This document shows, piece by piece, positions 31,127-40,329 of a stretch of DNA of 64,000 nucleotides (within the stretch, counting starts at the first letter, position 1; every line of letters begins with the position of its first letter). Position numbers and translations under genes: made by a program. The notes beneath the pieces are model-generated. The model saw only the letters and a program-made list of their open reading frames with translations. It was not told the origin of the DNA and made no database searches. Source of the DNA: Nitrospirota bacterium (lineage in GTDB: Bacteria > Nitrospirota > UBA9217); NCBI GenBank assembly GCA_963845065.1, contig CAWJQQ010000009.1, positions 1,233,631 to 1,297,630 of the forward strand, written 5' to 3'.

Positions 31127-32807
31127 ACGCTCTTTTAAAAGCAAAAAAGGCGGTAATAAGAAGGACAGCGATGTCCTGTCTTTTACCGCCTGTACTTTAT
31201 TAAATGATATAGACATTTCTGGCGCTGGAAGTTCACTATACGGTATTCTCGATGAAATCGGCGATCTCTATGGGCACATCAAAAGGTCTTTATTTAAGGA
31301 TTTCATCTCTACCGGCCAAAAACCCCTGTCATTCAAAAACGCATACTTGCTAAGATTCGGGATCACTGCGCGGCAATTCAACGCGGTCAGATATGACCTG
31401 GACGGCAATATAAGTTCCGCTGCGGAAATCCTGAAAAAACGCGTAGAAGATATCGAAAGCAGTGTAAAATCCGTCAAAAAATGGATAGAGGGCAAGGAAA
31501 CAAAGATCAGCCGGCTGCAAGAAGAGGTGGATCTGCCCGCGCCTGTACGTGACCAACAGATACACGATATCAGATTCGCGCTCCACCTTAAGAGGAGAAA
31601 GCTTCATGCAATAGAGCTTAAGCTGCATGCGCTTACCGATGATTTAAAGAGCAATCGCATCCGAATATGTTTTGGGTCAAAATCTCTTTTTCGCAAGCAG
31701 TTTCCTCTGGACGAGAACGGCTATATTGGCCATGATGAATGGAGGGTGGACTGGAAGAAGGCCCGTGGTTCCCAGTCCTTTTGCCTAGGCTCGAAAGACG
31801 AAAGCGCCGGGAACCAGTCATGCACGCTGTCCATTGACGGGACGCTCCGGATACGCATTCCGAATCACCTGACCGGGAAGTACGGGAAATATGCCGTGGT
31901 TACCGGAATCAAATATCCCTACGGACTGGACATTGTTGAAGATGCACTCTCTAACGGGCAGGCGCTGACACATCGCTTTGTCCGTGAAGCGAAGGGATGG
32001 TATCTGCATACATCCGTTGACATCAAAAAGCCGGAACTGGTTACCTTTGAACCCGGGTTGATAGGGTGTATTGGTGTTGATGTTAACGAAAAAGAGATCG
32101 CCGTTTCTGACTCAGACCGGTTCGGTAACCTTGTATGGAGTACCTCTTATCCCGCCTGCGTAAAAGATAAGACATCAGCCCAAACAGAGGCTCTTTACAA
32201 GGATATCTGCAAAAAGATAGTTGCCAGAGCTGCAGCGTCCTGCAAGTCGATCAGCCATGAAAAACTCGATTTCAGCAAAAAGAAGACATCATTAAAACAA
32301 CAAGGAGTGACGTATTCCAGGATGCTTTCCGGGTTCGCTTATTCGTCATTCCTTACCATGCTCGATCGCCGCTCGTTTAAAGCGGGAGTTAAAGTATTCT
32401 CCGTTAACCCCGCGTTTACGTCCGTCATTGGCAGAGCAAATTATATGTCTCGCTATGGGATCACGGCGCATGAAGCGGCAGCGCTTATCATCGCGAGACG
32501 AGCACAAAGATATTCCGAGTCGCCTGCGCCGGCCAGAACCGCCTCTCCCCTACCTGTAAGGAATCGGGGAGGGCACGTCTGGAAATACTGGCGCAGGTCA
32601 AAGGAAAGCGGGGTTCGTGCCCGTACGGATGGACTCTCCTCTAGAAGGCGGCCCTTACAGGGCTCTACAGGCAGCGCTGAATCTCAACATGAATCGTTGC
32701 ATGGAATGACAGTGCTCACCTCCTGGCCACCTCCCGATGATTGTGGTTCACTCGATATCGGGAAGGCGTCAGGTGTGTTGCCGAGTAGTAAAAAGGCGCT
32801 TGTGTGA
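31113..32807 (+). CDS. tnpB: Large IS607-associated TnpB-related protein
   Basis: RuvC-I IGVDVN, RuvC-II HEKLDF, VNPAFTSVIG, RuvC-III-like AHEAAALIIARR; no CxxC zinc finger; long coiled coil. Confidence 0.85.
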   Translation: MASSKRSFKSKKGGNKKDSDVLSFTACTLLNDIDISGAGSSLYGILDEIGDLYGHIKRSLFKDFISTGQKPLSFKNAYLLRFGITARQFNAVRYDLDGNISSAAEILKKRVEDIESSVKSVKKWIEGKETKISRLQEEVDLPAPVRDQQIHDIRFALHLKRRKLHAIELKLHALTDDLKSNRIRICFGSKSLFRKQFPLDENGYIGHDEWRVDWKKARGSQSFCLGSKDESAGNQSCTLSIDGTLRIRIPNHLTGKYGKYAVVTGIKYPYGLDIVEDALSNGQALTHRFVREAKGWYLHTSVDIKKPELVTFEPGLIGCIGVDVNEKEIAVSDSDRFGNLVWSTSYPACVKDKTSAQTEALYKDICKKIVARAAASCKSISHEKLDFSKKKTSLKQQGVTYSRMLSGFAYSSFLTMLDRRSFKAGVKVFSVNPAFTSVIGRANYMSRYGITAHEAAALIIARRAQRYSESPAPARTASPLPVRNRGGHVWKYWRRSKESGVRARTDGLSSRRRPLQGSTGSAESQHESLHGMTVLTSWPPPDDCGSLDIGKASGVLPSSKKALV

Positions 32808-32899
32808 ATCAGGGCGAGAATCCCTGACGTTAACCGGCAGCAGCACTGTTCGGCTGCCGTTATAGCTAGTATGGATAAAAAGCTATATTTTAGGAACGG
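32740..32899 (+). ncRNA. Putative omega-RNA scaffold of the IS607 TnpB
   Basis: Hairpins TCAGGG..CCCTGA (32809-32827) and CGGCAGC..GCTGCCG (32835-32859) lie between the tnpB end and the right end; 5' boundary uncertain. Confidence 0.5.
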
Positions 32900-32990
32900 T
32901 AATGCGGTTTCTATAGTGTCGATAGTACTATTGAACTTCTCCCCCGCGAATTCCCCTTCCGAAAGGGAGTAGATGAAAAGGCGGGATTTT

Positions 32991-34742
32991 TTAACGAAGG
33001 GGAGAGGTCAGGAAAATTCGTACCTTAGTTCCTTTCCCGTGTATACTCTCTATCTGCATGTCCCAGCCGAGAGCTTTTACCAAGTGCTTGACAATTGCAA
33101 GGCCGAGCCCAGTGCCACCCATTTGCCTTGATCGGCTGGGGTCGACGCGGTAGAACCGTTCGCCGAGCCTTGTAAGATGCTTCTGCGGGATGCCAATCCC
33201 CGTGTCTTCAACTACTATACAGAGCCTGCCGTCTTCTTCAATCATACCGAACGTTACGCCGCCCTGCTCTGTGAATTTGATGCCATTTTCCACGAGATTG
33301 GTTAAAATCTGGATTAGGCGGTCCCGATCGGTCGAAATGTCGCTTAAGCCCGGCTTGACCACAATCTGGAGTGTCAGTTTTTTTGCAGCTGCTTTATCCT
33401 TGAGTATAGCTAGCACTGCTTCAGCCGCATCGATGAACTGGACCGGAGCTTTCTCGATTTTTATGACACCCATTTCGATCTTGGAGATAGTCATGAGGTC
33501 GTCAACGAGGCTGTTGATCCTCTCGCTGTTGGATTTGATGGCCCGAAGGAACTTCAGGGCATGTTCTCTGTCTTCCAGCGCGCCTTCTAGGAGAGTATCA
33601 GCAAATCCTTTGATCGCTGTGATCGGCGTCTTGATTTCGTGAGATGCATTGGCAACAAAATCCTTTCTGACTTGTTCGACTTTTTTCAGATCTGTAATGT
33701 CATGGAAGATTGCGACGAAGCCTGTAAGGTCATCCTTGCTTTGGAAGAGAGGCGAAATGCGGACAACACAGTACCGTTCCGTTGGGTATTCAAGTTTGAA
33801 CTCGGAGACCCCGGCTGTTCTGCTTGAACGGACCTCGTCAAGTAACGTAATAAATTCACTGTTCCGGATGACCTGTATGAAGGGCCTGCCCAACAGCGGA
33901 GAATCGCCGAAAAAGTTCCTGGTTGCAGCGCTTGAAAGTAGGACTACGCCTTTGTCGTCTATGATGAGGAGTGCGTCGGGGATACTCCTGAGTATCTCGT
34001 TGAGTCTTTTACGTTCCTGCTCGTGCTCCTCAATGACGTTTTTCAGTTCTTGGGACATGGCGTTCAAGCTGTCAGCGATATCGCTGAATTCACCGGCATC
34101 GTGAAGGAACAATTTGTTGCCGATACCTCGCGGCACAAGCGATCCCGCAAAGTCCTTGATTTGCCGCGTTAGACGCCGCAGGTAGTCGAATTGCCAGATA
34201 GAAAAGGTCGCCGATACGATGATGACGAAGCCGACGACGAGGATGATATCCAGCCTGATGACGTCTACTGCGTGATCGATGCTTTGAAGGGGGACGCTTA
34301 ACCGTACATAGCCTTCGGGCTTGCCGCTGGAGGGTGTTCGGTAGGCGACGTACATGAGATCCTGTTTCACTGTGTCGCTGTGCCTAATAAACATTCCAGT
34401 GCCGCTGAGCGCCGCCTGCTGGACTTCGGGCCGGTGGGCATGGTTTTCCATGGACGACGAGTCTGCGTCAGAATCTCCCAGGACCCGGCCGTCGAGTGCA
34501 ATAATGGTGACTCTAGCGCCTGTTCTTTCTTTTGCCACTTTGCAAATGTCATTGATACTATGCACTGGATGGAAGGAAACGTGTTCGGCGATGAGTGCTG
34601 CCTCGATGGTGAGGTCCTGATTCAACCTGTCAATGTAATGATCCCGAATGGTGTTGGTGACGGAGTATTCGATAAAAAGGAACGACAGGATAATGATGAC
34701 GGTATAAATAAGGAATATTCGTCTGAATATCCCGCGGTTCAT
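32991..34742 (-). CDS. phoR: Phosphate regulon sensor histidine kinase
   Basis: Two TM helices, MENHAHRPEV, HAMP, PAS, DFVANASHEIKTP, ERFYRVDPSRSR..GGTGLGLAIVKH. Confidence 0.92.
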   Translation of the reverse strand: MNRGIFRRIFLIYTVIIILSFLFIEYSVTNTIRDHYIDRLNQDLTIEAALIAEHVSFHPVHSINDICKVAKERTGARVTIIALDGRVLGDSDADSSSMENHAHRPEVQQAALSGTGMFIRHSDTVKQDLMYVAYRTPSSGKPEGYVRLSVPLQSIDHAVDVIRLDIILVVGFVIIVSATFSIWQFDYLRRLTRQIKDFAGSLVPRGIGNKLFLHDAGEFSDIADSLNAMSQELKNVIEEHEQERKRLNEILRSIPDALLIIDDKGVVLLSSAATRNFFGDSPLLGRPFIQVIRNSEFITLLDEVRSSRTAGVSEFKLEYPTERYCVVRISPLFQSKDDLTGFVAIFHDITDLKKVEQVRKDFVANASHEIKTPITAIKGFADTLLEGALEDREHALKFLRAIKSNSERINSLVDDLMTISKIEMGVIKIEKAPVQFIDAAEAVLAILKDKAAAKKLTLQIVVKPGLSDISTDRDRLIQILTNLVENGIKFTEQGGVTFGMIEEDGRLCIVVEDTGIGIPQKHLTRLGERFYRVDPSRSRQMGGTGLGLAIVKHLVKALGWDMQIESIHGKGTKVRIFLTSPLR

Positions 34743-35434
34743 GCGGTCTCCACATAGTAGCCGATGCCTCGCCTCGTCCTGACATACTTGGGACTCGAAG
34801 GATCGTCTTCAATCTGGGTGCGCAACCGCCTGATGTGGACGTCAACGGTCCTTGACTCGACGAAGGTCTCGTCCTCCCATACGGCATCGAGGAGTTGGTC
34901 CCGACTGAACACTCGGCCGCGGTGCTGGATGAGGTAGAGAAAAAGTTTGAATTCCGTGGCGCTGAGACTGAGCGGGACGCCCCGTTTCAAGACCGTGAAG
35001 GTCTCCAGGTTGATCACGAGATCCCCCAGCGTAATCGTTTTTTCCATTGACGTCCGCTCACCAGACCTGCGCAGGATCGCTTTGACCCGGGCAATGAGTT
35101 CCTTGGGGCTGAACGGTTTGGTCATGTAATCGTCGGCGCCGGTCTCCAGACCGCGGATCTTGTCCGTTTCTTCACCTTTGGCTGTCAGCATGATGATGGG
35201 TATTTGGGCGGTTTTCTCGTTGTTTCTCAGAATGCGGCAGAGTTCCATACCGTGAATGCCGGGGAGCATGAGGTCGAGCACGATGAGGTCGAACCTGTCT
35301 TCCCGGACCCGTGCAAGCGCCTCTTCGCCGTCCGAAGCAGAAGCAACTGCGTACCCCGCTTTCTTGAGGTTGTAGGAAACAAGCTCTGTGATATCAGGCT
35401 CGTCATCGACAATCAATATCTTCTGGGCTGTCAT
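34739..35434 (-). CDS. phoB: Phosphate regulon response regulator (OmpR family)
   Basis: ILIVDDE, LDLMLPG, GADDYMTKPF, RTVDVHIRRLR, TRRGIGY; coupled to phoR. Confidence 0.9.
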   Translation of the reverse strand: MTAQKILIVDDEPDITELVSYNLKKAGYAVASASDGEEALARVREDRFDLIVLDLMLPGIHGMELCRILRNNEKTAQIPIIMLTAKGEETDKIRGLETGADDYMTKPFSPKELIARVKAILRRSGERTSMEKTITLGDLVINLETFTVLKRGVPLSLSATEFKLFLYLIQHRGRVFSRDQLLDAVWEDETFVESRTVDVHIRRLRTQIEDDPSSPKYVRTRRGIGYYVETA

Positions 35435-35495
35435 AGAGATAATAATCTCACTGATCGTAAAAAGGGTGACCGGGATTTCCCGGCTGACAAGAACT

Positions 35496-35524
35496 ATTAT
35501 TATCTATTCTAATAAATTTGTCAA
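35496..35524 (-). promoter_or_regulatory. Putative sigma70 promoter of phoBR
   Basis: TTGACA-17 bp-AATAAT on the minus strand. Confidence 0.55.
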
Positions 35525-35584
35525 AGCCGTTTTGTTGATGCCGGAGAAAGATCAAGTAAGGAGGTAACCTATTGTGAGAATACG

Positions 35585-35900
35585 TTGACATACTCCCACA
35601 GCAAAACATGCGGGGTTTTTCGCACGGGAAGCTCCTAAAGGGGCTCTGTGCATTCCTTGAACTACTGTCCACTTAATCCTCGCTGCTAGGCGAAAGCGCT
35701 AGAAGGAGTGGGTCAAGCGGATATTCTGTGTCTTTAAGGGGGTTAGGCGCCACGAGGAGCCGAAGATTTGCTGGTCCGCTGACGGTGGAAAAGGTCGTGG
35801 AGCTATCCAGTACAATAACCTTAATACTGATGGATGTCAGATGCAGTGAAAAAATGACATCGAACGAAATAAAATTGCGACAATGGTCGGTATGATGGGA
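35585..35900 (-). mobile_element. Orphan IS200/IS605 right end with probable degenerate tnpB tail
   Basis: Minus strand ends CCCCGCATG..GCTGTGGGAGTATGTCAA, a typical tnpB-element right end; upstream boundary unclear. Confidence 0.5.
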
Positions 35901-36254
35901 ACGAAAAGGCTTGACGAGCAAAGTTCCTTTTCTCGTCGTAACACCACTATTTTCATGTGACAGTGACCTTTAACTGGGTATCCTATGTACCAAGTAACCT
36001 GCGTTATTGAACAATCACAACTCATCTGGCCTAAGAAACGACATAATAAGCCACTACTAAAAGCAAGAAAGCCGGATTCCACCTATGCACGGAATATTCC
36101 GAGAAGAGGTATATTAGACCTCAATGAAGTGGCCAGGGACAATAGGATACTTCTAAAATGCCTTGACCAAAAGCCTTTCAACTCCGCAAGCCCCTGGCTT
36201 TAGACATGGGGATAAGAGTTGTATTATACAACTTTTTGCTGTATAATATGCTGT

Positions 36255-36659
36255 ATGATTGATATAAAGACGTATAAGTCCAATAATAATGTAGTTTACA
36301 GCTGTAAATATCATGTTGTGTGGTGTCCTAAGTACCGGAAGAGCGTGTTGACCGGCAGTATCGCCGGACGGTTGAAAGCAATTATCAGGGATGTGGTTTC
36401 CGAAAGAAAATCTGAAATTATTGAGATGGAGATAATGCCGGATCACGTACATTTACTTGTAGAGGTTGGTCCGCAGTATGGCATTCATCGGCTAGTCAAG
36501 CAGATAAAGGGCAGAAGCTCCAAACTGCTTCGTTCAGAATTCAAGGTTCTCCGGACCCGGATTCCAACACTTTGGACCAACAGCTACTTTGTTTCTACCG
36601 TTGGTGGGGCGCCGTTGGCAGTTATCAAACAGTATATTGAACACCAGAAAGTTGTTTAA
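36255..36659 (+). CDS. tnpA: IS200-type HUH/Y1 transposase
   Basis: YHVVWCPKYR, DHVHLL HUH motif, KGRSS, LWTNSYF, catalytic YIEHQ. Confidence 0.95.
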   Translation: MIDIKTYKSNNNVVYSCKYHVVWCPKYRKSVLTGSIAGRLKAIIRDVVSERKSEIIEMEIMPDHVHLLVEVGPQYGIHRLVKQIKGRSSKLLRSEFKVLRTRIPTLWTNSYFVSTVGGAPLAVIKQYIEHQKVV

Positions 36660-36671
36660 TCAGGGAGTTGT

Positions 36672-38189
36672 ATGGAAAAGAAAACAACACCATCGTTTAT
36701 CCATGAATTGTCTCTTCTGGTCAGTACATCTCAGGAGAGGATACTCCTCATGCGCATGGACGTGGCCCGGCAACTTTACAATGCCTGTCTTGGCGAATCT
36801 CTCAAACGCCTGGATCTCATGCGGGAATCCAAGCAATATCAAAAGGCACGCATTATACCCTATAAGGATAAGGGATTGCGTTCCGATGCATTTAAGGCTG
36901 TGAATGAGAAGTTCGGTTTTTCAGCATACAGCTTGCACAAGTATGCTGGTGCGGCAAAGAACGCCTGCCACATCGGTGATCACCTGGATGTTCATACTGT
37001 CCAGAAAATCGCCACCCGAGCGTTTGATGCTGTCCAAAAATATGCCTTTAATAAAAGAGGCAGACCAAGGTTCAAAGGCAAGCATCAACTCTTAAGTGTT
37101 GAATCCAAGAGCAACGCCGCTGGCATGCGTTTCCGCACAGACGAAAAGCAAAGCCGTATCGAGTGGATTGGTCTTGAACTGCCCTGCTTATTCGACAAAA
37201 AAGACAAGCATGGCGTGCAGGCCCACGCCCTTTCCTGTAGGACAAAATATGTAAGGCTGGTCTGCAGGCGGATGCGCAGTAAAAACTACTTCTACGCCCA
37301 GCTAGTGCAGGAAGGGCTGCCGAAGCAGAAAACCAAAAACATCATCTCAGATGGTACAATCGCCCTGGATCTCGGCCCGTCTACGTATGCTATTTATACT
37401 CATGGCTACGCCGATCTTCAGCAGTTTTGTAAAGAGCTGGAACCGCTCGAAAAGACCATTAAACGATTGCAACGGGCGCTCGATCGGTCACAAAGGGCCA
37501 CAAACTCTGGGAATTATAACGCCGATGGCACAGTTAAAAAGGGTGCCAAGACCTGGACCAATTCAAAGAACTATCAGACGATACAGACCGCAGTATCAGA
37601 ACTTCACCGGAAACAAGCCGCGCAGAGAAAATCTCTTCATGGCAAACTAGCCAATGAAGTTTTAACACTGGGAAATCACATTAATCTTGAAACACTAAGC
37701 TACAAATCATTGCAGCGTAATTTTGGTAAAAGCGTGGGTTTAAGGGCACCGGGAACCTTTGTATCAATGCTTTCTCGCAAGGCTGAGAGTGCCGGCGGAA
37801 AAGTGATTGAACTCCCAACTCGAAAACTCAGGCTGTCTCAAACCTGCCATTGCGGAACAGTAAAGAAAAAACCGCTCTCGCAGCGGCAACATATATGTGA
37901 ATGCGGAGTAGCAGCCCAACGGGACCTCTATTCCGCATATCTTGCGTATCACGTTCAAGATGGTGTTCTCGATACAGCTGAGGCAAGTAGATACTGGCCG
38001 GGTGCGGAACCGCTCCTTAAACAGGCGGTATCGAGATTGCAGCAACAATCTGCGAATGCGAGGAGTGCTTTTCCTCTCAGCTTCGGTCTCAAACAACGTA
38101 CTCGTTTGGGCCGGAGACAGAGCGGATCACCTGTGAAAGAAGACCATGCCAAGATCGATGTCCGGGAAGTTGTAGCTGCGAGCAGTTAA
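36672..38189 (+). CDS. tnpB: TnpB RNA-guided nuclease
   Basis: LYNACLGE, RuvC IALDLG / NLETL / QRDLYSA, Zn finger CHCG..CECG. Confidence 0.92.
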   Translation: MEKKTTPSFIHELSLLVSTSQERILLMRMDVARQLYNACLGESLKRLDLMRESKQYQKARIIPYKDKGLRSDAFKAVNEKFGFSAYSLHKYAGAAKNACHIGDHLDVHTVQKIATRAFDAVQKYAFNKRGRPRFKGKHQLLSVESKSNAAGMRFRTDEKQSRIEWIGLELPCLFDKKDKHGVQAHALSCRTKYVRLVCRRMRSKNYFYAQLVQEGLPKQKTKNIISDGTIALDLGPSTYAIYTHGYADLQQFCKELEPLEKTIKRLQRALDRSQRATNSGNYNADGTVKKGAKTWTNSKNYQTIQTAVSELHRKQAAQRKSLHGKLANEVLTLGNHINLETLSYKSLQRNFGKSVGLRAPGTFVSMLSRKAESAGGKVIELPTRKLRLSQTCHCGTVKKKPLSQRQHICECGVAAQRDLYSAYLAYHVQDGVLDTAEASRYWPGAEPLLKQAVSRLQQQSANARSAFPLSFGLKQRTRLGRRQSGSPVKEDHAKIDVREVVAASS

Positions 38190-38313
38190 TGTAGCGAAAG
38201 GATGTAGCGGCTGGCCTTTGCAGTCGTGAGAGCCCGGAAGAGTAATTGGATAAGGTTTTCAGAACCCCTGGCTTCTGCCATGGGGAGGTTCAGGCTGTGA
38301 TGTATATTAATAA

Positions 38314-38342
38314 TTGACTTCCCGTGCACACCTTGATACTAT
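38314..38342 (+). promoter_or_regulatory. sigma70 promoter of the pilM/pul operon
   Basis: TTGACT-17 bp-TACTAT; ATG follows 7 nt downstream. Confidence 0.65.
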
Positions 38343-38349
38343 ACAAACA

Positions 38350-39291
38350 ATGTTGCATTTTTTCTTGAGAACACCCCGTCTGGGAGTAGAAATTACCTCA
38401 TCGACCATACGGGTCGTACTTTTGACTGGAAGCGGCGCAGACCTTAGCATTCTGCATGCAGGTATGTTAGACCTGCCTGCGGGACTGGTGACAGAAAGCT
38501 ATTCGTCAACCAATATTCATGACATTGATGCGCTGACGAATGTGCTGCGTCAATATCTCGCAGACGCTCCCGCTCAGACCGACCGGGCGGCGTTGAGTCT
38601 TCCGGATGGTGTGTTTCGAGTTCAGACGCTTGAATTCGAGGAACTTCCCACTAAGTCAAAAGACAGGGAACGGCTGATTCGCTGGCGGCTGGAAAAAGCC
38701 GCGGCATTCGATATTTCCGCTACGGTTCTCCGCTATCAAGTGCTGCACCAGGGTGGGCGTGGTTTTACGGTGCTTGCCTGCCTTGTTAAACAGTCGGTAC
38801 TCGAACAGTACGAGAGCGTGCTAACCCGGTTAGGGTTTGAAGCATGGATCGTCGGTCTTTCATCTTTCCATATCCTAAATTTCTTTTCGCCTGTCATAAC
38901 GAAGAAATCAACTGTGTTTGCCCTTGCCCATGTTGCCGATGAATCTTTTACCACAATCGTTACGGAGGCCGGAGGTGCGAGATTTTATCGTTATAAGGAA
39001 CTGAAACGCGGCGGTGGCGAGATTAAGGCCAAGTTTGTACGCGAGATCGAGGATTCGCTTCATTTTTATACTCACATGGACAGGGCGCAAATCTCGGAGG
39101 TAGAGCGTCTGTATCTTGCCGGCGAGTCAGCAACAACCTACGAGCTAGCGGATGAACTCCGTACAGCAACCTCGCTAGATGTGGAGGTCCTGTCCCCGTC
39201 CACAGTTCTTACTGAAGCAAACAGGGAAACTCCCTCTTCGGCTTTGCCCATCTCCATGGCCGCAGCACTGGGTGCAGGGAGTGCATTATGA
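38350..39291 (+). CDS. PilM/GspL-like actin-fold assembly protein
   Basis: LGVEITSSTIRVV, AALSLPD, LIRWRLEK, RLYLAG, AAALGA; first gene of an MNOPQ cluster. Confidence 0.8.
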   Translation: MLHFFLRTPRLGVEITSSTIRVVLLTGSGADLSILHAGMLDLPAGLVTESYSSTNIHDIDALTNVLRQYLADAPAQTDRAALSLPDGVFRVQTLEFEELPTKSKDRERLIRWRLEKAAAFDISATVLRYQVLHQGGRGFTVLACLVKQSVLEQYESVLTRLGFEAWIVGLSSFHILNFFSPVITKKSTVFALAHVADESFTTIVTEAGGARFYRYKELKRGGGEIKAKFVREIEDSLHFYTHMDRAQISEVERLYLAGESATTYELADELRTATSLDVEVLSPSTVLTEANRETPSSALPISMAAALGAGSAL

Positions 39292-39833
39292 TCTCGATAA
39301 ATTTTGCTACAAGAAATTATCGACTTAACGCATTGATTACGAAAGGGTTGCTCATTGGAAGCGTTATTCTGTTGCTGACAGCGTCAGCGATGCTTTGGAC
39401 GAGCTTTTCCCTGCGCAGCGATAATGCGATCATGGAAAAGAAACTGAAAGATGCAGAAGCGGCTGATGCGGAAGTAAAACCGTTGCTTGAAGAGCGTGCC
39501 AAACTGGTAAAGGATTTAAGCGCCATGTCCGGTCTCCTAGAGTCTCGCGGGTTCTCTTGGACGAAGTTTCTCACGAACATCGAGAGGGTAGTCCCGACCG
39601 GCGTAGCTATGAATCACATCGACTTCAACCCTAAAGATGGCACCTTATCTCTTGTAGGCGTAGCACAATCTCCGGAAGCGCTCCGAAATCTCATTGTAGG
39701 GCTCGAACGTTCGGTTTCATTCAGAGAACCGTTTCTAAAATATCAATCTCTGGAAAAGGGGAGTCTCTCATTCAATGTCGTGGCAAGCTATTCAGACAGT
39801 AAAAGCACAACGGTGGCTCGCGGAAATCCCTAG
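39288..39833 (+). CDS. PilN domain protein
   Basis: MISINFATRNY, TM helix, coiled coil, FSWTKFLTNIERVVP. Confidence 0.8.
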   Translation: MISINFATRNYRLNALITKGLLIGSVILLLTASAMLWTSFSLRSDNAIMEKKLKDAEAADAEVKPLLEERAKLVKDLSAMSGLLESRGFSWTKFLTNIERVVPTGVAMNHIDFNPKDGTLSLVGVAQSPEALRNLIVGLERSVSFREPFLKYQSLEKGSLSFNVVASYSDSKSTTVARGNP

Positions 39834-40329
39834 GAAACTGCGGGTGGCCGCGCTAACGTTTGCCGGGCTTGTCTGCGTGGACCTCATCCTTTACGGTTTC
39901 CTCGTCGCGCCTTCCATGGCACAAATCAGGGCAGGGGAGAAACGGTACTGGGAGCTAAGAGAGCGTTACACAGAGGCCGTACTGTTCAAGAAGCAGAAAC
40001 CCTCCTTTATCGGAATTATGGCAGGAGTCCCTTCACAGAAGGACATGCCGCTTCTCGTTAAAGACTTGGTGCAGACGGCACGGAGCCTTAAGCTCGGAGT
40101 AGATTCGGTGAAGAACGACATGACGAAGCGTACGGGAGGAGCGCTTGCCATGGTTGCGTTCTCTTTTCCTGCTGAGGGCAGGTATCCTGAGATTAAGCGG
40201 TTTATCTATGACGTCGAGACCTCTGATAGACTTGTCGGGATCCAAGATTTGAAACTGGAGGCTAATCAGGGGCAAGTCAAACTCGATATGAAGCTAGTAA
40301 CTTACATAAAAGGCAACGATATCCAATGA
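39775..40329 (+). CDS. PilO/GspM-like protein
   Basis: TM helix, then GRYPEIKRFIYDVETSDRLVGIQDLKL. Confidence 0.8.
   Translation: MSWQAIQTVKAQRWLAEIPRKLRVAALTFAGLVCVDLILYGFLVAPSMAQIRAGEKRYWELRERYTEAVLFKKQKPSFIGIMAGVPSQKDMPLLVKDLVQTARSLKLGVDSVKNDMTKRTGGALAMVAFSFPAEGRYPEIKRFIYDVETSDRLVGIQDLKLEANQGQVKLDMKLVTYIKGNDIQ

Larger units (their letters stand above)
30498..32899 (+). mobile_element. IS607-family element (serine recombinase TnpA plus large TnpB); ends approximate
   Basis: Overlapping tnpA-tnpB; right end TTTAGGAACGG; left end GGTAACTGTTC; both putative ends carry GG, the IS607 crossover dinucleotide. Confidence 0.8.
36168..38293 (+). mobile_element. Complete IS605-type element (tnpA + tnpB)
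   Basis: Target TTGAC (36163-67); LE CAAG-CCCCTGGC..CATGGGG; RE GAAC-CCCTGGC..GCCATGGGG..TCAG (38290-93); no TSD. Confidence 0.9.

Noticed and set aside
32945..32990. GAATTCCCCTTCCGAAAGGGAGTAGATGAAAAGG as another IS605 left end
   Set aside because: It resembles an LE hairpin but is degenerate, has no partner right end and could simply terminate phoR
30404..35682. Shared 14-mer CGAGGATTAAGTGG at 30404 (+) and about 35669 (-)
   Set aside because: Several chance 14-mer matches are expected in 64 kb, and there is no flanking similarity
36672..38189. Nuclease-dead TnpB (TldR-like regulator)
   Set aside because: RuvC D, E and D residues, the zinc finger, tnpA and both ends are intact
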